From: a virus
IMG/VR virus record: IMGVR_UViG_3300022745_000628
Location: 129,797 to 193,796 of that record
Strand: one strand, 5' to 3'
DNA length: 64,000 bases
Shown in pieces: positions 1 to 8,526 of this stretch; the first letter of the stretch is position 1, and each line of letters begins with the position of its first letter. The translations under genes were made by a program, and so were the position numbers. The notes below the pieces were generated by a model that did not search any database, was not told the DNA's origin, and saw only the letters and a list, made by a program, of their open reading frames with translations.

Positions 1-1
1 A

Positions 2-1006
2 AAACCGGCGCCGCAAGAGTACGACGAGCATATTCTTCCGACTAGCGCTAGGTTAGTCGGAGCCGTAGTATCTTTTGAACAGAACCTGCATTTGCTTGCC
101 GAGTTGCCTAACGGTACTAAAATACCGGTTAACGCATTAGGCAATAAATTTAATACGCAACTTACAATCGATACGAAGATAAAAGCACCTGCGGACGTGT
201 TAACTATTACAGCTCGCGCTGGCCTTGGTTTCGGACGCAATACCGATTGTTTTAGCAATAAGTACGTGGCATCCATAAATAAAGCTACGCCAGATCAAGC
301 TGGCCGCCTAGTTATTTCCGGTGACGATTGCATGGTTATAGATACGCCAGTCACAGAAGATGCCAAGAATATTGTGCGTATCACAGACGATTGTAAAGCT
401 TGCTGCGATTGCACTGATTTCAGCCAGGCCGGGCGAGCGCTTGATACCGCCGGAACACTGTATAAAAGCATCGGCGACAGTCTTGTTGAAACCAACGGCC
501 TGTACTCTGGTAAATTAGACGACTGGGAAGCCCGTGTGGCTTGCACAGACGATGCGCGGCTCGGCCTGGCATTAACAGCGCAGATTTGTCCGTATTTCGA
601 TATAACAGCGCAATATTGCAATAACGCGGCTGAATGCGTACTCAACATAGAGTTGTTCGCAGATTTTAATATCCCAGACGGATTTAGTATTGATTTAGTT
701 AGCGCACACTTGCTAAGTGATAAGCGTCAAACTGTAGAAGTAGATTTGTCGAAATATCCGATAATCCGATTTATTATTCCATCGATAGCTAAAAAAAGTC
801 GGGATGGCGTAATAGCCAGATTCAAATTCTCAGGGAATGGCGTACAAGAAGACAACACGCCAGTAAGTTTTAGCGTCTGCCTAACCGGCTCTGTCGACAA
901 CCAGCTTATAATTTCAGGGAATGCCCAAATCGTAACTTGCGCAGATTTGACTTTGAAATGTCCTGTAAGCACCGGCGATGTGATTGTCGTTGACGGATCG
1001 TGTTAA
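2..1006 (+). CDS. 5'-truncated Cys-rich putative virion (tail/baseplate-region) protein
   Basis: Frame 2 is open from base 2 to TAA at 1006, so the start lies outside the window. It has CKACCDC and a SINKATPDQAGRL motif shared with the next three ORFs. Confidence 0.55.
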   Translation, partial: KPAPQEYDEHILPTSARLVGAVVSFEQNLHLLAELPNGTKIPVNALGNKFNTQLTIDTKIKAPADVLTITARAGLGFGRNTDCFSNKYVASINKATPDQAGRLVISGDDCMVIDTPVTEDAKNIVRITDDCKACCDCTDFSQAGRALDTAGTLYKSIGDSLVETNGLYSGKLDDWEARVACTDDARLGLALTAQICPYFDITAQYCNNAAECVLNIELFADFNIPDGFSIDLVSAHLLSDKRQTVEVDLSKYPIIRFIIPSIAKKSRDGVIARFKFSGNGVQEDNTPVSFSVCLTGSVDNQLIISGNAQIVTCADLTLKCPVSTGDVIVVDGSC

Positions 1007-1009
1007 TAA

Positions 1010-2623
1010 ATGCAAGAAACCATCGATTCCCTTAAATTAGGCTGGTTCTCGCGAAACAGCGGCCGGCGCTATCCTATTGAAGATACCGCTACTGCATTAA
1101 GTGAATCCGGAGTTTATCTACCGGATTCTTTTTTAGTTGATTTGCGAATAAGCTGGCCGGAAAGCTACGGGCCGTACGCGTTCATCAGCTTTGCGTCCGT
1201 TTCGGCATCTACCGTTGCAATCGGTATAGCCGCATCGCAAGATCCTAATCTGGCTGACACAGTTATACCGCTAGCTAACGCATTAGTAAGTCGTAGAACC
1301 GCCAATACGCAGGTGCACAAGTTAAATCCTATGGCTGACGGCGTAGCGGGATTTTTAACATTTGGAGATACCGCAGAAGAATTCAACTTGCGCTTTGCAA
1401 CGCCAGCACAGACACGATTAGCGCCCACAGTATGCCAAGCTTACAAAGATGCGGGCGTTAGCAGTATGCGTGTGCCCAGCGCACAACCACTCACTGGGGA
1501 TATTACCCTTGTTGCCGGCAATGACGTTACCTTAAGAAATGTGATACTCGAAACTAAGACGGGAATGCATATCTGCAATGCGATTGCGATAGGCCTAGCC
1601 GCGGCTAATTCGCACAACGACCCCTTATCTAAATATGTGGGTGTTTGCAATAAACGACCTGAGAATGGCGATTGCGCCACTGGAAATACCGATACGCCAG
1701 CGGTGCAGACAATCAATGGGTTGATAGCAGCATGCGACGGAACCTTCACCATCCGAGTTGAGAACGGAACCATCCGAGACGGCACTCCGAAAGACTTTGG
1801 AACAAACAGCGTTGTCCTAGGCTACGACGCCACTTTAGAAGCAATTTGCGATACCAAAAATCGTAATCCGAACATTGCAGCCGTGATTAACGCATGCGAG
1901 TCTCCTGCGGACCCGCCAGAGCGTCCGTGCGAGGATTTGCCAGTTATATACCCCATGACGGGAGAACCGCGGGAAGCCGAGTTTTGGAACTTTTACGACA
2001 GTTTGCATACAGCTACAGCCACTGGCTGTAAATTCCTGCAGCGTGTGGCGAACAACGGCCCAACCTTCACAGACGGCTTTGCCACGTATGACAGCTGCGG
2101 ACATACCGAGACGGTAGACAATACTTTAGAAGTTACTGTAACCGTTGACGTACCGGCCGCTACAGCAAGCACTCCTATTCCGACAAATCGCGGCGGCGGG
2201 CTAGTACTGAACTTTTTACGGGATCTCTGGCTATACAATTCGCTCGAGAATAAGCTGGAAAACACTACAGACAGTCAACTGAGGTTACTGATAGACATTG
2301 ACGCTGAAGCGCATCCTGGCCCGCAACAAACGTTCACATATTACTACGTGATTCGTTACATGAAGCGCGGTGTAGTTTATAAGTCCGTGCGGCTAGAAGA
2401 TCTGACATCCCACTCCGTGGCCGCTTTCACGGTCAACGTTGTAATTACTCCTGGTACAACAGATATCGATGCCAACTTAGCTGTAGTTGTTACAAAAGAC
2501 GGGGTTAAGCTGGCTGAGTTTAATATCTTAGAACAAGAATATGGGCCGCATTACGGAAAGCACGGGCTGGCTAGTTACGACGAAGTCTACACTCTTGGGA
2601 ATTTCAAATTAAAGCATAACTAA
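1010..2623 (+). CDS. putative virion structural protein, paralog family A
   Basis: 537 aa; N-terminal W..RN..RRYP...LVD motif and TINGL motif shared with neighbours; tightly packed. Confidence 0.55.
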   Translation: MQETIDSLKLGWFSRNSGRRYPIEDTATALSESGVYLPDSFLVDLRISWPESYGPYAFISFASVSASTVAIGIAASQDPNLADTVIPLANALVSRRTANTQVHKLNPMADGVAGFLTFGDTAEEFNLRFATPAQTRLAPTVCQAYKDAGVSSMRVPSAQPLTGDITLVAGNDVTLRNVILETKTGMHICNAIAIGLAAANSHNDPLSKYVGVCNKRPENGDCATGNTDTPAVQTINGLIAACDGTFTIRVENGTIRDGTPKDFGTNSVVLGYDATLEAICDTKNRNPNIAAVINACESPADPPERPCEDLPVIYPMTGEPREAEFWNFYDSLHTATATGCKFLQRVANNGPTFTDGFATYDSCGHTETVDNTLEVTVTVDVPAATASTPIPTNRGGGLVLNFLRDLWLYNSLENKLENTTDSQLRLLIDIDAEAHPGPQQTFTYYYVIRYMKRGVVYKSVRLEDLTSHSVAAFTVNVVITPGTTDIDANLAVVVTKDGVKLAEFNILEQEYGPHYGKHGLASYDEVYTLGNFKLKHN

Positions 2624-3445
2624 ATGGCTGACAACTTCGAAGGATTTGCCAGTTGGCGCGAACAACAAAAAGAATCTAGATACCCATTTGCAGACTTTAG
2701 CTCTGTCGAAAGTGTCGAAGGGTTAATTATTCCCAATGAAGTACTTATTGATGCCAGCGTCGCATTTGCAAATAGTGATAGTTACGTAGAGCTGATCTCG
2801 GTATCCAAGACGGATAATCTACTTACATTTACATTTCGCAACCTGATTGAAACGGAAACAGCCGCAGGCGTTTTTGATTTAAGCGCTCCGTCGGACACCA
2901 TATATCTTTACGATACGTTTAATCGTCGGTTGGGGCTCTTGATTGTGGATATAGGCGCGACATTGACATTTGGCATAGGCCTTGCCACAAATCTGACCTT
3001 TAAGTCAGGTGCCGCACGGCTGTGTCCGCGGTGCGTACACACGTATGCAGGTGCCGGTGTAACTAGTTTACGAATACGCGACAGCTCGACGGCTTTATCT
3101 GGTAACGCGTTACTGATTGGTGAGCAAGGAATATTACTACGGCATATAACTGAAGAAGTTACATCGTACACCGATCCATCCAGTTCCCACCCGATATTGG
3201 TAACCCATACAGTTAACTACATTCGTGTCGATGTCGTTGGAGATCCATTGGCGGCTGCTGCGAATTGCGCAGACAGTACTAATATCCCAGTTACGTTTCC
3301 AACCTCCATAAATGGAGTAACTCCGAATGAGTACGGGAATATCAATTTAGCAATAGATCGCGGAACGCTTGGGAGTGCGTTACGCATAATTCCAAACGCT
3401 AAAAACTCTGAGCTGATCATTAAATTAGCGGGGGTAGGTATTTAA
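2624..3445 (+). CDS. putative virion structural protein, paralog family A
   Basis: 273 aa; W.EQQ..SRYPF...LID and SINGVTPNEYGNINL motifs. Confidence 0.55.
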   Translation: MADNFEGFASWREQQKESRYPFADFSSVESVEGLIIPNEVLIDASVAFANSDSYVELISVSKTDNLLTFTFRNLIETETAAGVFDLSAPSDTIYLYDTFNRRLGLLIVDIGATLTFGIGLATNLTFKSGAARLCPRCVHTYAGAGVTSLRIRDSSTALSGNALLIGEQGILLRHITEEVTSYTDPSSSHPILVTHTVNYIRVDVVGDPLAAAANCADSTNIPVTFPTSINGVTPNEYGNINLAIDRGTLGSALRIIPNAKNSELIIKLAGVGI

Positions 3446-4359
3446 TGTTTGAGTGGTATAACGAAAATCAATTCAGGTCGTGGCCATTAAAAAGTGGCGC
3501 GACGCTTGGTAATACTGTACTGGTGGACGCCGGCTTTACTTGCGGACTGCCTGCCACAGTCAATATCACTGTCTTAACGTTAATAGCCAGAGATACTGAC
3601 AAATTTAGACTGTTTGTGCGGGTTGGCGGTTATCAAGTAGTATTTGAAATACCAGTCGATACCCCAGAATTCACAACAATTTGGGCTGCTCCGCCAGCGG
3701 TATCTAACGCAACATTCCTAAATAACTGCATGAGCGGTAAAACACTATACGGATTTATAGTCATTGGGAAAATACAAGAACTGCTGACATTATTACCGGA
3801 CGCCGATACCAGTCTCGTATTTGCCGACGAATTCGAACCTACCGTGACCGATATCATTAACAGTAAAGCCGTTAGCTCGATATCTTTAGGAAATACTGCG
3901 CGTACCGTCTCTCCAGGGCTTATCAACTGTACAAATAATCCATACATACGCCCAACACCCTACAAAATCAAAAATGCCGATGGAATTAGCTATTCAGGCG
4001 TAAGCATCGACTACAACTGTATATCCGGCGATATAGTGTGGAAACCAGGGTATTCGTGCCGAATCATCCAATCTGACTCTGTAAAATCGTTCACAATATC
4101 GGCGACGCAGGATTCTCAAGAAGGCGTAGCCTGTGGCGATGTGCCTATTGACGATGCGGAAGCCGCTTTACTAGTCAGCGGCGGAAATCTTTCTGGCGTA
4201 CAGACGTGCGCGGACGTAATAAGATCTATCAACGGCATTAGCGGGCCAAATATTACAATCAAAGGCGGACCCGGTGTAAAAATTACGAACGAAATACCTG
4301 CCACAATTGTTGTAGAATTGGGCGCTAACGACGCTAACAACTGTGGATTGCCGCAATGA
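3445..4359 (+). CDS. putative virion structural protein, paralog family A
   Basis: 304 aa; WYNENQFRSWP...LVD and SINGISGPNI motifs; TAATG stop/start overlap. Confidence 0.55.
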   Translation: MFEWYNENQFRSWPLKSGATLGNTVLVDAGFTCGLPATVNITVLTLIARDTDKFRLFVRVGGYQVVFEIPVDTPEFTTIWAAPPAVSNATFLNNCMSGKTLYGFIVIGKIQELLTLLPDADTSLVFADEFEPTVTDIINSKAVSSISLGNTARTVSPGLINCTNNPYIRPTPYKIKNADGISYSGVSIDYNCISGDIVWKPGYSCRIIQSDSVKSFTISATQDSQEGVACGDVPIDDAEAALLVSGGNLSGVQTCADVIRSINGISGPNITIKGGPGVKITNEIPATIVVELGANDANNCGLPQ

Positions 4360-5219
4360 GCCAAGAACAAGCATCAAATTGCCAACAAGGTTTTGTAGTT
4401 ACAAATGATTTCGCATTTGTACCTAATTGCGATATACGTATGCCGGATAATAAAACCGTCATAGCCTGTGCGCCTACGGTGCCTCCGTTAGATCCGCCAA
4501 CGGTTCTTTTACCGTGCCCTACTTTTGAAATAACTGTATCAGCTACCGTCACAACCGTTACGCCGAATCCTAACTACCCGCAGCTTACCGGCGGCGCAGT
4601 CACAAATACGAATCGAGACTGTATAACGTGCGAAAACAACATTCAGGTGAATTTAGACCTGACGATGCCAAAATTGATGGAGTACGTCAATTTTAGGCTG
4701 GACGAGGCTATGACCCCTGATCATTCGTGTGTACCGGCTACGGTTATTTACGACTACGCTGGCGCACACGCACCCGGCGACACAATAACTGTTTGCGCAG
4801 ATAGATCGTTCCCGACGGATGCGCTGTACATTCCAAGCGGAGCGTACGGTATTGGGTTTAATACAGGTGACAGCGAAAATTTTCAAGTTTCCACGTATGA
4901 AAAACCAGCGCTGTTGGTGCGTGCGAAATTAGTGAGCGCTTACGGTCTGGGTGTTATGGCTTGTAATGCTAACATCGCATATGTGACAGATTTACATCCT
5001 GTACACGTGCGCGATGATAACTATTTCCCATATCCGCCGAGCGCGATAATTCCCGTATCTAACGAAATGCATCTCACCGGCCAGCCTAATTACCGCGTAC
5101 TGCTGTGTTTTGATCGAGAATTGCTAAGCCGTTCAGACGTCAAGCCGTATTTCATAGCAATCGTGTACCCTCCATGCGGTTTGGGAGCCGGCCCTACTGC
5201 CCCGCTAGAAGTGCCATAA
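4356..5219 (+). CDS. hypothetical protein (Cys/Pro/Thr-rich, possibly virion)
   Basis: 287 aa ORF with ATGA overlap to the upstream gene. Confidence 0.6.
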   Translation: MSQEQASNCQQGFVVTNDFAFVPNCDIRMPDNKTVIACAPTVPPLDPPTVLLPCPTFEITVSATVTTVTPNPNYPQLTGGAVTNTNRDCITCENNIQVNLDLTMPKLMEYVNFRLDEAMTPDHSCVPATVIYDYAGAHAPGDTITVCADRSFPTDALYIPSGAYGIGFNTGDSENFQVSTYEKPALLVRAKLVSAYGLGVMACNANIAYVTDLHPVHVRDDNYFPYPPSAIIPVSNEMHLTGQPNYRVLLCFDRELLSRSDVKPYFIAIVYPPCGLGAGPTAPLEVP

Positions 5220-5220
5220 C

Positions 5221-5919
5221 ATGGTAAAACGCGCTGTTGTTAACGTAATTTATGGAGATCCATCGGATCACGCCATAACTACAGAAAATCATCGCCGATA
5301 CGCTGAGAAATTGGGGTGTGATTATCGTGTAGTTAAGACGGTTAAGCCGGTGCGGCCACCAGTACCGGCTATGGATACCACGTACACATTCACACACGAG
5401 TGTTTTTTTAAGTTTGACGTCGCACAAGTTCTTAACGAATACGATCAGACGTTGTATTTAGACGGCGACATCGTCATAAGTCGCGCCTGCCCGAATATTT
5501 TCGACTTTGTACCCCTCGAGAAGTACGGTTTTATTGACGAGCTCCTGTTGATGCGCCCAGAGCACGTCGAAACCATCAAATATTGGTTTGTAACTACTGG
5601 TTGGAACGATCCTTGGTGGAGTTTGAACGGCGGTGTGCTGGTTTTACCTAAAAACGGCGCTGAGTTCTATTCTTTCCACAAAGAGCTCGATTTTCAGTTC
5701 GCCAGCGACCAAAACATGCTGACATTGTCTATTCATGACAAACCTGACAAGTTTTTGCTGTTAGATCACCGGTTTAACCACTCTTACATGCATCACAAAG
5801 AGTTTTATCCAGGATTGCACGATGCCTGGATCATTCACATGGCTGGCATGGGGGCGTATCAATCGGTAAAAGAGCGCGATTTAGCGCTGACGCGGTGTTT
5901 GGAGACATACGGACTCTAA
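5221..5919 (+). CDS. GT-A fold glycosyltransferase (GT8/GT34-like)
   Basis: YLDGD DxD motif, LNGGVLVLP, DQ motif, HMAG C-terminal His. Confidence 0.8.
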   Translation: MVKRAVVNVIYGDPSDHAITTENHRRYAEKLGCDYRVVKTVKPVRPPVPAMDTTYTFTHECFFKFDVAQVLNEYDQTLYLDGDIVISRACPNIFDFVPLEKYGFIDELLLMRPEHVETIKYWFVTTGWNDPWWSLNGGVLVLPKNGAEFYSFHKELDFQFASDQNMLTLSIHDKPDKFLLLDHRFNHSYMHHKEFYPGLHDAWIIHMAGMGAYQSVKERDLALTRCLETYGL

Positions 5920-5920
5920 A

Positions 5921-6598
5921 ATGGTCAAACGAGCTCTAGTTAACATAGCGTATGGCGCATCTGCGATCGCAGAATTAGCACTTACTCGTAAAAATCACCA
6001 ACTTTACGCTAAAAATTGCGGCGCGGAGTACATTGAGCTCGTAAAAGACGTGCAATTGGCGTACGGACCAGCCGCTAAGTTCAAAATAGTCGAAATTGCT
6101 AAAGATTTTGATCAAACGCTGATGATAGACACGGATACCGTGGTCTTTCAGCCAAACATCAATATTTTTGACACTTGTCCGGTCGGATGGTGGGGATTTG
6201 TAGACGAACTACGGTACATACAGTTTCCGCTAGAAGAATTTGAGCAAACATTGCGGCATATCGCGGATATTTTACTGCAGCCACACGTTGTGCCGAAAAT
6301 AAACGTGAATTCTGGCGTACTTTTGCTGCCAAGAGACGCCAGCATATACTTGCCAGCCGAAAAACCGCTGCCAACGACCTGGTGCATTGAGCAAATTTGG
6401 CTGTCGTACCGTCTTTTAAGCACAAATGCCAATTATGTACGCCTGGATCCTCGTTTTAACTGGTGTAAGTTTTTTAGAGAATTCGAAAGCGGTCGCAAAG
6501 ATGCCATTATTTTGCATTGGAATGATCGCACAGACCGAATCAATATGCTGCAGAAGCTCATGTTAGAGCTGCCTAAAAAGCTAGGTGGACTAAAATAA
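5921..6598 (+). CDS. GT-A fold glycosyltransferase, tandem paralog
   Basis: MIDTD DxD motif, VNSGVLLLP, EQ motif, ILHW; N-terminus MVKRALVN matches the previous gene. Confidence 0.8.
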   Translation: MVKRALVNIAYGASAIAELALTRKNHQLYAKNCGAEYIELVKDVQLAYGPAAKFKIVEIAKDFDQTLMIDTDTVVFQPNINIFDTCPVGWWGFVDELRYIQFPLEEFEQTLRHIADILLQPHVVPKINVNSGVLLLPRDASIYLPAEKPLPTTWCIEQIWLSYRLLSTNANYVRLDPRFNWCKFFREFESGRKDAIILHWNDRTDRINMLQKLMLELPKKLGGLK

Positions 6599-6624
6599 AG
6601 GTATTCACCCTTTACGAGGTCTAA

Positions 6625-7014
6625 ATGGCGCGCTCAATTAAAGTTACCTGGTCTGTAAGTCGTTATCGTGTTAACCGAGATGACGGTATTCGTGTCCGAA
6701 TAGAGTTAACCGAAAACGAAGGCGTACCACTTGAATTGTTCGCGTATCGCATCGCGCCAGAAAATGGGGACACTGTAGCCACTTTTAGTCATATTTGCTC
6801 TCCGGCCGATATAGAAGAGTTTCCGGCGAACACAGCGAGCTCTACAGCCGTACCGCCATGGTTTCGGCTGGCATATGTAGATTTACTCCTCAGATCTACC
6901 GCAGAAGTTGATAATATAATAGCGATAGTCCAAGAAGACATTCAGCGGTTACTCGCTACCCTTAAACGAATGGAAACGTTGGTACCGACCGGTGACATCG
7001 TATTAACAGCATGA
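6625..7014 (+). CDS. hypothetical protein
   Basis: 129 aa; GAGG RBS upstream of ATG. Confidence 0.7.
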   Translation: MARSIKVTWSVSRYRVNRDDGIRVRIELTENEGVPLELFAYRIAPENGDTVATFSHICSPADIEEFPANTASSTAVPPWFRLAYVDLLLRSTAEVDNIIAIVQEDIQRLLATLKRMETLVPTGDIVLTA

Positions 7015-7340
7015 CAGACCCCGTGTACAAACATTCTGTGGCTAACCTGGACGACCACGCAATTAAATTGCTAATGGCTAATCCAGAAGGTACTAAATTG
7101 TTACCATGTCTTAGCCGACCTAAGAATGATTTGGGCACGCTACAGCCGGGAAACGCTAATTGTCAGACGTGCCAAGCGCAAAAGAACAAAATTAGAGCGC
7201 GAGCCATGAATATGGCGAAAGATTGCGTGATTAATGCTGACGCTAGCGCAATTTTAAAGCTAAAAACGCTGTTATCCGCGGCTACCATCAAAATACCGCG
7301 CACATTGCCAAATGGCATGCAACAAGTGTTCGAAAGATAG
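7011..7340 (+). CDS. hypothetical protein with CxxC
   Basis: 109 aa; ATGA overlap; CQTC. Confidence 0.65.
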   Translation: MTDPVYKHSVANLDDHAIKLLMANPEGTKLLPCLSRPKNDLGTLQPGNANCQTCQAQKNKIRARAMNMAKDCVINADASAILKLKTLLSAATIKIPRTLPNGMQQVFER

Positions 7341-7369
7341 CTAAATTCAGAGGAAAAATGCGTCATATA
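7341..7369 (+). promoter_or_regulatory. bipartite motif CTAAATTCAGA-N5-AATGCGTCATATA, copy 1 (candidate phage-specific promoter)
   Basis: 24 of 29 positions are identical to 46615-46643; both copies are intergenic. Confidence 0.55.
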
Positions 7370-7374
7370 CTCTG

Positions 7375-7403
7375 CACATACACTTAGCATTTAATTGTAT
7401 GTG
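7375..7403. repeat. inverted repeat CACATACA-N13-TGTATGTG
   Basis: Perfect 8-bp arms; the same arms recur at 7491-7518. Confidence 0.6.
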
Positions 7404-7484
7404 ACCTGCCAAACGACTTCGTAAGAATTCGTTTAATTTACTACATCGCAAGGTGTATACTCTTCTTTAGTGTTTTCTTTCTCG

Positions 7485-7535
7485 GCCCCACACATACAGC
7501 TTTCTTAGTTTGTATGTGTGGGGCTGCTTAGTTTT
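7485..7535 (+). terminator. intrinsic terminator-like hairpin
   Basis: 14-bp stem GCCCCACACATACA/TGTATGTGTGGGGC, 12-nt loop, T-rich tail. Confidence 0.6.
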
Positions 7536-7561
7536 TAGCTATTGGCGATTAGGAGCTACAC

Positions 7562-7822
7562 ATGCTGACTGTGATTAAAAAAACCCGTAGCGGGCGCGTT
7601 GCAAACGTAACTATCGAAGGTCTCGATATGGAAGAGCTGGAATCCCAAGCTGCGAAGCAAATGGCGATCGACGAATCCGGCCTGCACAACGCTGGTTTGA
7701 CGTTTAATAGCTCTGCTATTTATCCGGTAGACGCGAACGGCGACGACGTTGTCGAATATGCGCCCGGCGCACAAGCGGTAACGCGCTGGCGCAAGGATTT
7801 TGAGGTTATGCAGGGGCTATAA
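7562..7822 (+). CDS. hypothetical protein
   Basis: 86 aa; AGGAG RBS. Confidence 0.75.
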   Translation: MLTVIKKTRSGRVANVTIEGLDMEELESQAAKQMAIDESGLHNAGLTFNSSAIYPVDANGDDVVEYAPGAQAVTRWRKDFEVMQGL

Positions 7823-7860
7823 TCGGACTAACCGTCCGTTTTTTGTTTAAGGGGGTATTT

Positions 7861-8526
7861 GTGCATCCATTTCGTACCGCATTGACCAGTGTCGATTCTT
7901 TTGCAACTACTTTACTTGTAGTTGCAGTGCAAACATACGGCACCGAATGCCTCACTTGGACGCCAGATACCCTGTTAATAGAACTACAAGAAGACTTCAA
8001 TTGTGTAGTTCCGCAAGAGAATCTAGATAAATTAATGGCCGCGGTGACTATCGTGACCACCGATCGATTTAGAGCATCTTTGCCAGATTTTATTGACATT
8101 TGTAATGCTTTATCCGGCACTCCGCTGGATACTGCTGTGTTTGACCCGGCGGACACATACGAAATAGCCTGGGGAATGACAGAAGCAGAATTGTTGTGGC
8201 CGCAGCATGATACGGAGATCAATCCGCAAATAATCGGGTATATCGAAAACGTGCTGGCTGACGACAGCTTTATTAGAGCGCCAAAAATATTGCAACCGTT
8301 TATACCCGACTTCGACAAGTCGGTTAATTTTGAAAACTTTGGCGATGCAGAAGATGCCGACATATACTCCGGCATGTTTCAAAACCAGCAAGAACGCGTA
8401 CAAGATGTAGACGCTGCAGTCGCTGGTAATATCGAAAAATTGAAATTACAGTTAACTAGCTTAAATCTCGAAAATGGCACTGGAGAAGACATTCTTCAGA
8501 AACTCTTCAAAGAAATGGCTGAATGA
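7861..8526 (+). CDS. conserved large-phage hypothetical protein
   Basis: GTG start after AAGGGGG; FATTLL...LDKLMAAV..VTTDRF...DFIDICN..G pattern recalled from large uncultured phages. Confidence 0.65.
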   Translation: MHPFRTALTSVDSFATTLLVVAVQTYGTECLTWTPDTLLIELQEDFNCVVPQENLDKLMAAVTIVTTDRFRASLPDFIDICNALSGTPLDTAVFDPADTYEIAWGMTEAELLWPQHDTEINPQIIGYIENVLADDSFIRAPKILQPFIPDFDKSVNFENFGDAEDADIYSGMFQNQQERVQDVDAAVAGNIEKLKLQLTSLNLENGTGEDILQKLFKEMAE

